DNA of 64,000 bases, taken from Ascidiella aspersa (taxonomy: Eukaryota). The position numbers and the translations under genes were made by a program. The notes beneath the pieces were generated by a model. The model saw nothing but the letters and a program-made list of their open reading frames with translations, did no database searches and was not told where the DNA came from. This document shows, piece after piece, positions 13,251-28,166 of the stretch; positions within the stretch are counted from its first letter, which is position 1; each line of letters starts with the position of its first letter. The stretch covers positions 9,114,001-9,178,000 of the forward strand of contig OZ004612.1 of assembly GCA_963924565.1 (NCBI GenBank), given 5' to 3'.

Positions 13251-16200
13251 ATTTTGATCCAATCAATTGAGTAGGGTCGCAGCGGTGAAACGTCGATAGG
13301 GATCGCCTCGATATTGCGATAATATCCCGACGAATGGCCGCTCTTCCTGCCGGCTTTGGCGTCTTATTTCCCCGGGGTCTTGTTTCTCTGGCCCGATCCG
13401 CCTGCCGACACGTTTCCTATCTCTGTTTAATTGGCATTATTAGGTCTCTGGCGCGCAAATCGACCGGGCGCGCCCGATAATAATAATGCGACGGCGTTAT
13501 GAACCCGCAAGACTCGTTTTTTTTTTGCTTGGCGATGCGTTTTGCGTATTGCGGCGAATACGCGACGCCGCTACGCCGGGGTAATAAACGAGCGCTTTAT
13601 TGTCGCGGGCCACTTCTGAAGAATATTAGCTGGTATTTTATTGCGCGGTTTGCCCGTCTAATTGCGATGGCAAGTTCATGGAGCATTGCTTGTGTGGAAG
13701 AGAGCGTCTCGACGTCCCTTTGCGCGAAATTAAAACGCGGTCGTTTGCCGGAGGGTTGGCGGGGTCAAAAGTTTTGGCCGGGGACATTCGCCGCATTCGG
13801 AATCGGAATAAGTTTAGTGCCCTGGCCCTGTTCGCATACCTGATCACTTTGTCTGGTCGAAAAAAACTTTTCTGTTGTCTAGTTACACTCGTTTTGAATT
13901 TAAGGGCCACAAACACATTTTTTGGAAAGAATTGATCTTAGAAATAAACCAGTATATCGTTTTATAACTTTGAATTATCATACAAGTTATATTTTGTTTT
14001 TATGTGATAAAAAATTGGATAAAATATTACATTATTAAAAATATAAATGCATACTATGTGATTTATAATATAGGCTGATTTTCGCATACCGATTGGCGTG
14101 TTTTGCTCCAGACATTCATTTGGTGTGTGATTCACTTTTCATCTGATATTCAATTTATAGTGTTAAGATTTGCAAACAGAAGTTTAAATACAAATAAAAC
14201 ACAATATATATATGCGAAGTACATTTAAACACGTTGGTGGTTACCTTGTGTCGTGAACGCTCAAAAAGGTACAAAAGTTATATTGATAAATTAATTATTT
14301 ATTCAAGAAAAAGCAACAATAGCTCGTTTTCTGTGGTTGTGTAAAGTGCCCTGATAACATCCACATCTTTTCAGAACACGAAAAATAATAATTCAGGTCT
14401 CATTGCAATCGGCATTATTTCGGTAAGAGTTTTTCGTGCAGGTTTCAAAAAGCAAAAAGGCAATATATAAACCGCGTACCACGGACGGTCACACCCATCA
14501 AGCGAAATTGTGTCAATTTCGCGAATCCGTTTACAAGGGCAGATAACGCGGCAGGAGTCATCGAGGGCCGCCGCTGGCACAAATATATATATATACTTAA
14601 ACGCTCCCGGCCAATCTCTCTAAGTCGAATGCAAAGCGCCCGCGAAAGCCGCGCAATCAATAATTAATCGGAGAAACTTCTGAATTTAAATAGCCGCCCA
14701 AGAGAGTGGGCAGATTCGATTGGAGATACGCGCTCAGGTGGCCCCTGCGTCGTATTCTGTTTCCCATTCCGGCGCGGCTAATTAAATGGAAATATTCCTC
14801 TATCAATTATAAATGGCTCGTCTTTATTAAAATACGTTTTTCACTGTTTTTTTTTTGTTTGTTTGTTTTTTTGCCCGATATGTTACGGAGTAAATGCATC
14901 TCAGTGGCCAGCCAGTAAGATCGTTTTTATTGTTGTTTGTATTTTTTTGTGTGTGTGTTTTTAAGCTATACAGCTGAGTTCAATGTTGAGCAATGGACAA
15001 GCAATGTTTGTTTAAAAGAATGATTATAAATAACAAACATCACTGAGCCGTCCCAATGTTGAAACCATCGTACACTCATAATTAAAAAAGTGAACAAAAA
15101 ATAAAAATTAAAACAAACGATTAAAAAAAACGACCAATGATTGATTTGGATAGAAAAACTTGGCTTTTGAATGCCGCCCAAATATAAATAATCTTATGTA
15201 CGAAATATTGCCCATCTAACTGGAAAGACACATACGATACCGTTTTCATATTCTTTAAATTGGACTCCCAGGCTATTATCAACCCCCATCTACGTGACAG
15301 ATTTTGCGGCAAATATAATTGCTGCGAGTTTTTGAAATTTATATCGATAATAATTAATTACAAGGTATCGGCATTTGTAACAAAAGTAAATTTGTTAAAT
15401 TATGCCAAGGGTTGTATAGACACTGTAGTAACAAAACACATGTGTCAAATAACAAAAATGCGCTTATATATTATAGGCGCTTGTTATGACGGTTTAAAAT
15501 GTCATGAAAAATGGGGTGTTTTGTTAACTGATTCCATTTTACAATATAGCGTTAAAAGATGCTGAAAAATATCCTACATATATATAGATACCCTAATTCC
15601 ACTGGTACTTACATAATCTATTAGCCAAGAGTATAGCCGCTCTATGCGACTTTGTATCAGGTTCCGTTTCGTGACAACAATATCGGACCTCGAAAGCATA
15701 TATCGCGTTCAGCAGGCACTGTTTGCATTGAAGCGCTAATGCGCGATGCCGCGGAGCCGAAGCACTTGACAGTGCAACTATAGCCCTCTCTCGGCTCGCT
15801 ATACTTAACACCACGGCATCGTGCCTTTCGTCGCAACGCGCTGCCTTTTAAAGTCGCCCTGCCAAAGCAAACAAGCGAACAGCTAAACGCCTTGTCCCGT
15901 CGTTTGTCGACAGAGCTCTAAACGAGGCCCGATTGCGCGCATTTGCTGGTTCGACTGCCCCCCCCCCCCCCCCCTCACATACACACACACCAAATACCCC
16001 TCTTTGCCTATCGCACTCTTCTTGGATTAAGGCGCCTTGTATAGCTGCTATGACTGGACTTGACAAAAATATCTGTTTATTGATAAGTTTAATAAACGAT
16101 AGGAAAATAATTGTAAAATAGATTGCTTAAACTTGTAACAGTCATTATCATTTTTTATAGCGTATAGAGTAACTGTAAAAATTACTAAGAGTAAACAATT

Positions 16201-17791
16201 TTTTTTAAGACTTTTAAAGATGGTTAAACCCAACGCGATCATTCTAGTTTTTTTATTTTTCCGCCAGGGTTGATTAACTGTCTAAAATTCTCTCTATAAA
16301 TTAATCATTTGGAATTAAAACATTTAAAGTTAGCTGTTAACTTCTAAAGAACCGCAATTTTCGTCTATCTCGCCAATAGAAAACCTACGTCACAACCCTC
16401 AAATATGACGTCATAAAGTTAAACGGGTATCCAGCGAGTAGAGCCCACACTCGTAATTCGTTTGGTCGGCCTTCAAAAAATCGTAGAAAAATCAAAAAAA
16501 ATCTTGCGCGTGCGAAAGTTGTGGTCGCGTGCTGCGCTGTTACGTCACGCGGCGCGACCGAGTACATTGTTTCGTCACAGGGGCCATTACGACGTGGTAA
16601 ACAATGGAGACGTCCAGCGCCGCGACGCAGCCCGACTCGCAGCGACCCACATTCAAGCTTAAATGCCTCGTTATGGAGATATTGATTTGCGCAAGCTTGT
16701 CAGTAGTCTAGTTGTGTGTGTTTTACTTCTTCCTTTGTCTTGTCCGTCTTTTCTTGTTTTCTATTTCCCCGGCGAGGCAGTAAATTAAGGCGATTTCGGG
16801 TGCGGGCCTTTGCTGCATCTTTGGCCATGCTGGTTTACGTTTCAGGGTATTTTTTTATGGTGTCGTTTCCCTATTTATTTCCCGTTTAAGTAAGTCCTTA
16901 TAAAGTTTGTAGGAAACTTAGATTAGGGCTTTGTACATAAAGTTTCGATTTATGTAATACTCGCCCTTTAACGCACATGCAAAGTTTCATATTGCTGAAA
17001 CTCCGTCTTGGAAAATGTCCTGGAAAAAGATTGCGGAGTCGTTAATTTCAGTGCTTTTATTTAATGCTAAATTGTGCCCATTAAGTTTTTGACAGTTTGT
17101 TTTCAAACCTTCCATCAAAGTTAACTCTATGGCTTTTACCTTACCGCCAAAATTAGATAATTGTTTTAGTTTGTAATTCCTACAACTATCCCTTTATCGA
17201 GCGTTGTTTATTCACGGTATGCAAACCTATAGCTAAGTCTAAGACATCTTTCCAGCGAGCAAAAGGTTACTGATTGACAGGTTGTCAATGACGTGCGTCG
17301 TTATGATAAATCCTGGCTAAAAAGAATCTTACCCAGCCCAGAAAAGCTCTCTGAGTTACGCCGCGTGGATTCGCAAAACGGCAACAAATTTCGTCAGCTG
17401 CCCGCCAAAGCGAAACGTTTTTTTGGCGTATTGCAATCGCTATACAACTGAATCGCATAGACTTCGAAAAAATGCTGAACAAAATTATTGTTTTTGGCCC
17501 TTAAATGCATCGGACCTGACAAGCAGTCAGCTTCGAACCCGCCGCTGCATAAATCCGCTGCGTTCGCATCGTAATTCGAAACCGGCGCGATACAGATTAA
17601 TGGCGGGTGAAGGGTTTATGCAAACAACTGTACAGCCGTAGTGGGTCGTTTATCTGCGTTACTACTGTCACCTTTGTATGCGTGCATAAGCCCGGACGGA
17701 GTAACATGTTTGTTAAAGCCCCGTGCAATAGTAATTTGCTTCCTTTGCTGTGATTAACCGCATTTTGTTTATTTTAATTCGAACTTATTTG

Positions 17792-18248
17792 CGGTGCCGT
17801 ACACGTTTTAAAATGACTTGAGTCACAGACAATCATTTGTAAAACAACTCAAGTTCCAGTCAAGTCTTTTTGAATAAACAACAAATGAAGTAAAACAAAG
17901 TCATCAGTTGCCCAAGTCAATTCATTATAATTATAGCAGGTCGATTTCAAGTTACGTCCTTGTCATAAAAGTATAACTTTAAACTATTATAATTGCTAAA
18001 CTCGTCTGTTTATGAGAAATAACTCAACGAAAGAAAAACTCAGCACATAGCAGGCAAATTATTTTATGTGCAAAAATTAAGATAAATAACCATTTTTACA
18101 ATAACCCATTTTTACGAAAAAACTAATCAAAACAGGCGAAATCATTTATCCAAAAGACTTAAGTCAAGTCAAGTTATTTGTCCAAAAAACTTGAGTAAAG
18201 TCAAGGCATTTGTAAACAGTGACTTAAGTCCAGGTGGCTATAACACTG
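17792..18248 (-). mobile_element. hAT-like MITE, 'GACTT-repeat' family, copy 2 (inverted)
   Basis: Perfect 8-bp TSD CTTATTTG; AAGTC arrays; internal similarity to the reverse complement of 12820-13250. Confidence 0.88.
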
Positions 18249-21200
18249 CTTATTTGTCGAATATATAATATTGTACAAACTTATAATAAACAAACGGTTA
18301 GGTTTTGGAACCAACCATCATCAGTATGTGACATTTTATGCCCCATACTGCGCTGCCAGTTAAAACCATTTTGTTTTACGCGCTGCACATTCATGTGGAT
18401 TTATTTCGCTTACCCCGTGACGCCTTTCGATCGGCATTGTGACGTCACAAATAGCAGGGTTTTTGAACGAGGCTTTATTTGAACAAGGGCAACAGTGTTT
18501 CCTTTGTTGCCGGGCAGCCTGAGAAAGTACGACGGCCTGTATCGATTTACCCGTTAAAACGCGTAAATACATATTGATGTGTCATAAAAGGCTCAGTCGA
18601 CCCGCGGCCTATTTAAACCGACAAACCACTTAGCCTATTCTGACTGTTTAAAAGCGCTATTGTTGATTAGTAAAAAGCGTAACTTGTAAACTTTTTTTCC
18701 GACGAAGTGTGCGACTTTCCTGGTATGGATGATAATTTTCAACCGGAATTCATTATGTAATAGCCGAGGATAACTATTTTAAACAGTAGCAAATAAACAA
18801 AGATACCAGTCGCATTTGGTGCCGTATTTTCACAGCAGAACCCATTAAACACAGGCTATTTGTAGCGGCAGGCAAGACCCCTTAAAATCTCAGACACGCT
18901 ATGGTGGTTTTGTGTGTTTAACGAAAAAAAGTGTGTTTGTGGGTTCAACGAAACATTAAGCGAAACCTTTTCTGGAGTTATATCGACGGTCAATTGTGGC
19001 ATATGACGAAATAATGCGATACACTGTTGCCTTTATAAGGCGACCATGCGATATGGCGAGACGAGCCAGAAAGGGCATTGTGACGCAATTAAGGTTCGCG
19101 CGCGCGCCCATGCGGAAATTGTCGTAATGCACTCTTCAATCCGTACATTTCCGAAGCCTTCGCGTATAGCGCGTAATGGAAGGTAGGCGCGTATAGCGCG
19201 TAATGGAAAATACGCCAACACTTGCGTTGCCTTGTTTCGTTTATGGAGAAAAAAGAGAAAAGGGAGCTTGAATTTGAAATTCACGCTTGTCCCTTTTTTT
19301 GTGGGTTGGAAAATTTTGCGCTGAGGTTTGGGCTGTAAACTTGGTCGGGTTTTAGAGAAGGGCAAATGTCTGATTACAATCTCTTTCGCTTCCAAAACAT
19401 TGCGGACTAAAAGCAAACGGATTTTTAGGTTGTTTTGAATAATTTAAATTAAAACGAAAAATATTTATCGAGTCAAACGTTTATTGCATCAATATTTACA
19501 ACTCATGTGCAAAATGTAGCATTGAGCAATACACGCCTACAAAACAAACACCATTAGAAATGCAGTCTTTTTCAATTAAGTGTCATATTACTGTAATTAA
19601 TCTTGTTATGATATAAGTGAATTTATTTACTTTTTTTAGTCATAGGGTTAAAAAAAACATTATAGATTTGAAAATACATTCTGTTTAATCAAGTTACATT
19701 TGGTTTTATTGTGAGTAATCATTTAGTATGGTGCTGCGATTGTATAGAATTTACTATGCTTTTACAGTTACATATGCCTAAAATATTTTTTACCCACTAT
19801 ATCTAAATGTTTGTTTTTCTAACTGTAATCATGTGTAACCGACAAGATAATATGTGTGGATACGTGTTTGGACCAACGAAAGTAACCCCGGTAAAATTGT
19901 ATTAGATATGCGGGCATAAATGCCAACCTTTAAAAATTTTTAACGAGCATCAGAAACCGAAATAGAAACCACGCCGCTCCCGAAAATTGGAACGAAAAAA
20001 TCGCAAATCTTTTATTCTCTCTTTCTCCTCAAAAACACAAAAAAAAGAGAAAAAGGCACGCGAGAGAGGCAGAGTGGGGCCAGCCGCTTGGACGAAGCCC
20101 CGAGACTACATTGGGCTCGCATTAATTGAGTCGTCATATCGAAATGAAAAAAAGGGGGAAAACGCGGTGCGTGTGAATAGGCAAAGAAGGGCGCGTGCGT
20201 TCGCGTGTGTGTGCGACGGGGCGTGCGCGCGTGTCAGGCCGGGAGTCCCATCGTCGGAATTTCGCCACGAATGCCACAATCGCTTCTGGCCAGCGGCCGA
20301 GCGGGGTACGATTCGAATGCGATCGCGCTTTCGTAATGTCTTGATAACTTTATAGGCGTCGAGAGTCTTTATATGCCAGTCAAAACGGCAGCGTGTTGAC
20401 TGTATAGGTAAGTATGTGCATTTGTTCGCAGCAAAGTGAATTAATAGAAGCCAAAATCAGAAATGGCAAAAATCAGGCAGGAAAAGGTATACATGCAATC
20501 ATGCAATATATACGATTTTTATGTTGTTTTTATTTAATCGAATTTCCCGCAGGACATTAAAATCGCAATTCGAATATCCAACAATTAGTTTTTAGGTCTG
20601 TTTTCAGATGAGAGTCAAAGCATATTGATAAAGTAGCAATAACTGCGAGTTTTGTTTAAAAGTCAGCATTCTCAGCTCTTTAGGCGATTAAATTCCAAAA
20701 CACCCGAACGTTTAATTTAATTTCGACGCATACGGCCAAGCGACCGCAAAGACGTGTTTGTATCGTTTAGTTAACGCGATAACACGATCGCGATACTCAA
20801 ACGACGGCGCTCCTATATAGTTGTTCGAGAAAAGGTATTTGGCGCAGGGGCCAAAGGGTTCTTGTTTTGCCATAAGAGATAAAGGCCGCGGTACACATTT
20901 TTGCCATCATCAGGTTCGAAGTGATCGCCGCGTGAGCTAACAATCAAGATTCCCGATCGCGATCTACTTATTGACCTTATTTGCATCGCGAACTTAATCA
21001 AACGGACAAGCAGTCGCCTAATTTAGCAGCAACGAGTGTTATCATTGAAGCATTTTCTCTCGCAGGGCATCGAAATACTTTGAAGCCGCAATCTGTTCCT
21101 AAACTTGGTTTCAAGTATTTGTCGAAACTACGTTGTTGGTGTTTTGTGAGTTCGGTAACTTTCGCTTCCGTATTGTGTTTATGTATAACGCGCGTCTACA

Positions 21201-23721
21201 ATTGCCAAATTGGGTATCGAAGGCACTTACTTTATGAAGACAACGCTTAGCTTTCCAATAATAGTATTGTTAAGACGCGGGGCTCAACAATAATAATAAT
21301 TCTAACCAAATAAGCAATGATACCACTGATTATGCGGTTTTCTTGTTTCTGTGATTTAATGCAAGCGGCTTTTTCGTTGTATAAGTTTCCTCCCCTAGGA
21401 TTTCCCTTGACCTCTATTAACAAATACAAAAGCGCCGGGTTTAAGTCAATCATAAGAATATAATTTATTAAAATTAATTCGGCCTCCTCTGTAAAATTAG
21501 TTGTGAAGAGTATGGCACAGCCGCGAGCCCTCGCATATTTCCTTTTGCGTTATGGGAACAGCTGAAAAGCGTTTGCCTTTACAAATTTAAACCAGCGGGT
21601 AGAAGGACGTCGGCAAAACACCGAAATCAGGAAATTAACAGTTGTCACTCGGCTATGGGAATTGAAGCGCGCTTGTGTATCTGCTTGGGACTGTGTCGAA
21701 AGAGCAGCGACGCAAGACCCCGAAATGTAACCGCCCCTTCACAGCCGCCAATGTAGGGGCACTTGACACCCCACTCGTCCAATTTGATCTCGACTTGAGT
21801 ATCTTCTACGGTGGCCCATGGCTAAGAAGCAAACTTCTTTAGCGCGAGTTTAGCGTCAGAAACCAGGATTTCGCATAACAACCTATAAACCAGAAAAAAG
21901 GTGTTTCTGCGACTTTCAGAGCGTACCAGGGCATTCTGTTTCTTTTGCAAGTGTTTTTTCTTTCGAATTTGGAGAAAAAGGCGGTAGGGTATGGTTCTAT
22001 GGGAAGAGCCCGGCAATATACCTTTGCGGCCAAATTGCGATTTCGCGGCGGTCGTCGGTGCAGAATGCAATCTGCCGCGGCGCGCCGATGGCTATCGAAG
22101 TCGGACGGCTGAGAAAAAGCCGTTTCTCATCTCCGCGTCTTAATCTCGCCTGTTTAGACTGGCGTCGGGCCGAAACGGCCAGAGATCGAGCTGGCGATAA
22201 AATTTTGATATCCGAACATTGATTAAGGCTGCTGTGAAGCGGCGAGCAGTTATGCGCTTCGAATAATGAGAACACGCTCGTGTACTAGCCAGCCATTAAG
22301 GCGTATTCGCCAAGGGCCATACTGCCAGTTGTGCAAAGCCGTAACATATAGAGGCGGCGCGATTTAATGTAGATTTACCCGATTAAGAGCGTATACGGGC
22401 GCAACAGTTCTTTATCGCTATGCGCTTGGCGACTTTTAATGCGCGCCCGTTGCGGCGTTCTTGTATGCTGCTGACCAACAACGCAGGCGAGGGCAAAACA
22501 AAATGGCTCGCTTTCACTCTCTTCGCTTTGATTGTCTCGTAGACGCAGTGGGACGCGTTGAGTCGGTTTATTTGTTATTTAAGATTAAATTAAGGCATGT
22601 TTGTCCGTGTTATCTAATGATAGATTACAAAATGGCGCATATACACAGTATTTTTTAAGACAGTTTCGTTTAGATGTGATACTTTCTACTGCGAAAGGGT
22701 CATTTATCTGGATTTGCAAAGCAGTAGATTTAAAACAGTATAGCTAATAAACATAAAGATATATAGCAGTATGTTTCGCTTCTCAAAAAAACATTACATT
22801 GAATTTACGCCCTCTTTTGCAGTTATTTCAGTGACGTAGCCTGTTTTTCCTTGAATTTTCTCACTGTTATGAGACACTGACCCGGTCGTGCTTTAGCGAA
22901 GAAAAACAGCATCTGTTTGTGACGTCACAACCGACCTTTTGTTTTCTGAAGTTTTGAACCAAACGGAACAGGAAAGATGATGGTCGGAAACTTAACACAG
23001 GTAAAACATTTTACTAAATGCCCTCCATATGCTTACACACCCATGTTCTAAGAGTGAATTTAATTCAACTAATTATCATTTCTTGACTTTTATTTTTTTT
23101 AATCTAAATTGAAATTTATATAGAAACAATGGTTTTCAAATATGGTATGGAAAATTGCAATTTAGGAAATTCAGGAAAAACACAAAAAAAAATTAAGGAC
23201 ACAAATAGTATTATTTTGTTGTTACACCTGTTTATAACGTGGTTGCAATACGAATATAATTATCAAGGCTTTAGAAAATCGACATTTTTGTGTTTAATGT
23301 GAACAAATGAGAAAATCTTAATGAAAAAATAATATTTATTCTCGGATTAGAGTTTGGTTTATTGATTTAAGCTAAATCACGAACGCTACATAAATAGCAA
23401 CTGAAAATAGGGTTAAAGTGTGTTTCTCTTAAACCGAGCGAGCTTATCCTTCACACATCTTCTTAAAACATGATGAACGATGAATAAATGAGTGGAGACT
23501 ACACTGTTGAATTTTTAAACAACAAATGAATAAAATAGTAGCATCACTTTTCTTGGGTAATTATGTGGCATACATACAACATGTGATTAATATGTACTGG
23601 ACCTTGGTATTGCAAATGGTGGACGAAAAGCGTTTTTTTGTTATTTTACAAATGTAGAAAAAAGTTAATACCATACATTGCCATTCTTCCACTTTTAGTC
23701 TAATTTGGAAGCAATCATCTA

Positions 23722-24061
23722 CACACGGTATTTGGGGATAAATGCTGGAAGCTAATTGCGCCCTAAATTAACTGCTTAAAATGTGCCAGGCATATGTTAT
23801 ATCGCCTAGAAAACAGATTATTTTGGGGACCGCGCAAATCTGTTCGGTAACTGTTGTAGAAAATATATACACGTTATTTGGGGATAAATGATGGAAGCTA
23901 ATTGCGCCCTAAATTAACTGCTTAAAATGTGCCAGGCATATGTTATATCGCCTAGAAAACAGATTATTTGGGGGACCGCGCAAATCAGTTCGGTAACTGT
24001 TGTAGAAAATATATATACGTTGTTTGGGGATAAATGATGGACGCGAATTGCGCCCTAAATT
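23722..24061. repeat. 146-bp tandem duplication, about 2.3 copies
   Basis: TTTGGGGATAAATG recurs at 23731, 23877 and 24023; the first two units are nearly identical. Confidence 0.95.
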
Positions 24062-27000
24062 AGCGTACGATGCAGGTAAAATTACAAATCTGGCACGGTC
24101 GACACGTGGTCGCCTAGAATTAATCGCGATTCCGCGTCACAATGGGAGCGCGGTCGGCGAACAATGGCATCTCGAATGTCGGGCGCGGGCAGATGTCCCG
24201 CGAATCACAGGTGACGGAATAATCGCGACGCGAAAACAATAATAATAATAATTCGGGGGGACGGGGTCGCTGCTGGCTTGTGTATTTGATTGGCGCGATT
24301 AGATGTGTTATTCCAGCGGATTTGTTTAAATTTTCGCGCGGCGCCGTCGGATTTACGCGATTAGCGCGCCGCCCGGATTATTTATTCTTTCTTTTTCGTG
24401 TTGTTTTGCGCGCGCGTAATTCGCGAATTAGAGAAACCGGGCCGTTTAGAACTCGATTTAATTCCCCCTCTAAAACTGGGGATTTAATCGGGCCGCCCTG
24501 TGGTTTTAACGTGCCCGACCGCTCGGGATTAATCGAAAGTTCTTTGTCGGTGGCACTTTGGTTAATTGAAGGTGGCTGAATCGATTGCAAGTTGTGTTTG
24601 AGACCAGATGGCTGAAAATGCGGTAAAGTATAAATGCCTAAAGCTGGGTGAATTTTTGGGGCGATTCAGTATTTAAGAGCATACATCCATTCCCGTTATC
24701 GGCCGTGTAACTGGCATATTTACTTAACCCACTGGTACCACAGCGAAGTGCCACTACAAACAGACCTTGGGGTACGCAATGTCTTTTTTATGATAAGTTC
24801 TTTGTTTTTAAATTGAAACCAAAATAAATAGCTTATTCAATTGAAACAAATGCACTAATCTTAATATACTTTACCAGGGTTTTTTTTAGGGGCACTTTTA
24901 CTTTTTATATTACATTTTCAACATGAAACCGTGGTTGACCAAACATGGAATTCAGCTATACAAAATTAAAAAGTTTGGAAACCACCTGATTAGCCCACCA
25001 TTGCTAAAATAAGGAACGCATTGTGTTTTAATTCTACGATACATAGCAAATAGTGTTAAATTTGAAATCCTCCCCCAATGCACTAAAACAGCAGCCTTTA
25101 TCGTCGCCCATATTTCATGTAGTGGCCTTATCGGGCCACGGGAAACCCGAGCTTACAGTTTCAAGAAGCTTTGAGCTTGTTGCATGATGACGCTAATTGT
25201 CGCCGCGCGTCGAACAATCGCCATTGTGACGTGTGACAAGCGCGCATCGCGTCGCATCAGAACGAAGTCGGCCGGCTAGTTAATGGAAGCGATTATCACC
25301 GCAATGAGAAGTGGTGCATAAATCGAGCGTGATGTCAATTGGCGAATGCATCCAAGTGCGTGTGTGTGTGTTAGCGTTTGTGTGTGTGCATGTGTACACC
25401 GACAATAGCAAGAGTTCTAGGCTTGACGTCACTAGACTCTTGCAACCGTCTGGACTCGGTCAAGATAATCGAATTTAGAATGGCCGCATATCGCAGCGAC
25501 ATTAAGGGCTCGATATTAAGTAGAGTGTGATGGCTGTTGCATACGGCCCTGCTTTGGCGAGATTGCGGAAGGCCTGATATATATTAGCGCTCTACTACTG
25601 ATTATGTCACAGTGACGTAACAAAGCAGTCGCGATAATGGGGATTTCACTTGTCAGTTGTCTATTGGTTGATGTTAACTGAAAACTTGAAAACACCGATC
25701 AACGATAACCCTAGCGGGAAACACACAAAGTGGTGGTTAAGAACCCAACTGCTAAGACTGCTCTTATAACTCTTGTGTACCTCAGCGATCTTTATTCAAC
25801 TTTTCAATACAAAATGAAATCTATCGTTGACGATGCGTTTACTGCATGGCTTTTATAACCTAATTTGCATTCAGCATACGAAATATTACATAAGGTTACC
25901 GACTAAGATTAATAACCAAAATAAGTGGCCATCGAGCGGTTGTTTGACCAACTTGAACCTTGTGTTGTTTAAGCCGGCACAAAAGCTTTCAGCCAAGTTT
26001 TCAAACCCTCATCGCTAAATAGCGTGTTTCAAGCCATGCATGTATTCACTGCTGTACAGCAGTCCGTCGAAAGGTTTGGGTTAGAGTGGGTTATTCGATA
26101 TCGGGGCCACACAGCACGACGCCATTTTCCATAATGGGGCAAAGAGAAAGTGGGGCCAGCTCTCTCACCCAGGCCACAGCCCCAACAGTGGGGCCCTTTG
26201 CCCCAGCACAGAAACGACTGTGAAAATGGCTGCTGTTGTTCGCGAAATTGATTCGAAACGCAAATGTCAAGTTTCATTTTTCATTTGACTTTAGATTGCC
26301 AAAACAAATGGAGGTTTCGAATTCGCGATCAACCCTTCTTTTATTTCGCTGGGCTCGCGAAATGGGTGAAATAATTCGCTGATTTTAGAGATTTGGTTAC
26401 TCAAAATACCACTGGTTACTCGAAATAGCAAATATATTGCCAAAATATAAAACTGCGATGCCTTGTTTTATTAAAAAAATATTCTTTGCAGTATACAAAT
26501 TAGGGTGTGGGGATAGCTGCGTAAAAAATTGTTTGCAATGTGCGCCAGTTTTGCAAGCTAGGACGCTAAGGATTTAGAAGTTTGTTTTGGAAAAATCTAA
26601 TTTCATTATATTGAAGAAACAGGTTTGACCTTTTAATACACAGTTTTAATCGCGCAGTGTACGGCAATCAAATCAGGAAATAAAAAGAAAAACACTCAAA
26701 CTAACGTAAACATTCAAATCCCGTCCGATACCCGCCCCGCGCGATTTCCTCTGGCGAAATCACGTCACTATCGTCCTGTAAGGTCACAATTAATTAACGC
26801 GCGATCATATCGGCGACGTGTATTCGTCGAGATGCGCCTTCTAACGTTCTCCAGTCGATTCGCCACCCAATTCCACGTCACTGCGATTTTATTGCTGCAG
26901 ACAATTTCGACGCCCCGGCCGTTTATGGACATGTTTATTGCCGACCGACTTCCACACCTTTCCTATGCGAGAATTTGGACGATTCGATTTAAGTACAAAT

Positions 27001-28166
27001 CTGACCATGTAAGCTTCGGCGAACCGTGGATGAACATTTCTTTGGCGTTTGTTCAATTCGGGTGTACTTTATTTTTGATTTGCTGCCACACCAAGCGTCA
27101 TGTTACTTAAGTTTTACCCGGGGTGTTTGTTTCGGTATATAACATATCTAAATATTCCTCAACACAAGTTTGAAACTTAAAATCATAGCCAGTTCGAATA
27201 CACAGGTTTAAAAATATAATTCATAATTTCCATTGGGTTTATTGTCTTCATTTATTTTAAAAAGGCATGGTGAAACACTTAAAGAATATTAAGTTTGCTC
27301 CGTACCTTTCTTTGTATTATATTGCATTATATTCGTGCTGGGCCAATGTGAAAAAGACACACAAATAAGGCAATACGTTTACATAACATATTTAATTACC
27401 AAGGTGTTTAGACTATGCTTCTGCAATAATATGCCTTGGCGTAATTCATATTCAAACACATTAAGCTGCCTTTCAGTGATCAAGTTAACCTTAACGTTGT
27501 GGTAAACTTCCTAATTACAGCAACACATATATATGCTCATTTGCATGACTTTACTTTTTTAACAGTTGCAAATTTGCCTGGCCACTATACGGCAGGTTGC
27601 ATTCCGCCAAGACGCCCCTTTATGCGTTTTTAGTGCGTTTAAATGACCAAATTCGATTACAGAAGTCTCCTGTGTCCACCCATGTTTTACTTCAAGTAGA
27701 AACAAAACGCGGAGTCCTTATCCGAAAGCCTTATTACGCGAATTAGTTTCTCGCATCGAGGGAGATCTTCCACCGCGATACGAATTTGATGTCGCGCCGC
27801 TCAATAAACTTGCTCGTTCTCTTAACCCGAAAACTGCCGCCTATACTTGCCGTCGTTCCAGGAAGCCGAGACCGCATTTAATAAACAGTTTTGATATCTC
27901 GATCTGGGCGCTGCACGCGAACAAGATTTTGTAAAGGTCGCTCAGGCCAGCTTCCGATTAAGGCTTCGGCGGCAAGCGGTCATCTTAATTCCCGCGGCTT
28001 GCGGCCCGCGGCGTACCACTAGAATGTTATATGCTGCCGGCTTGTAGCCGAATTTTTGCTGGATGCTTTTCGACTGTCTGTGCAAAGATTAACTGCTTAG
28101 AATAAATGGAGTGAAAGCGATACATGGCATCTGGGTATTCTTACCTTGTCTTGGATCAGTTTAAGC

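Noticed and set aside
20353-20379. ATG CCA GTC AAA... upstream of the strong donor at 20408 as the ARID3 start
   Set aside because: The frame stops (TGA) before the donor; at most a uORF in a non-coding exon.
23722-24061. 146-bp period as a nucleosome-positioning satellite
   Set aside because: Only about 2.3 copies; the match to nucleosome core length is probably coincidental.
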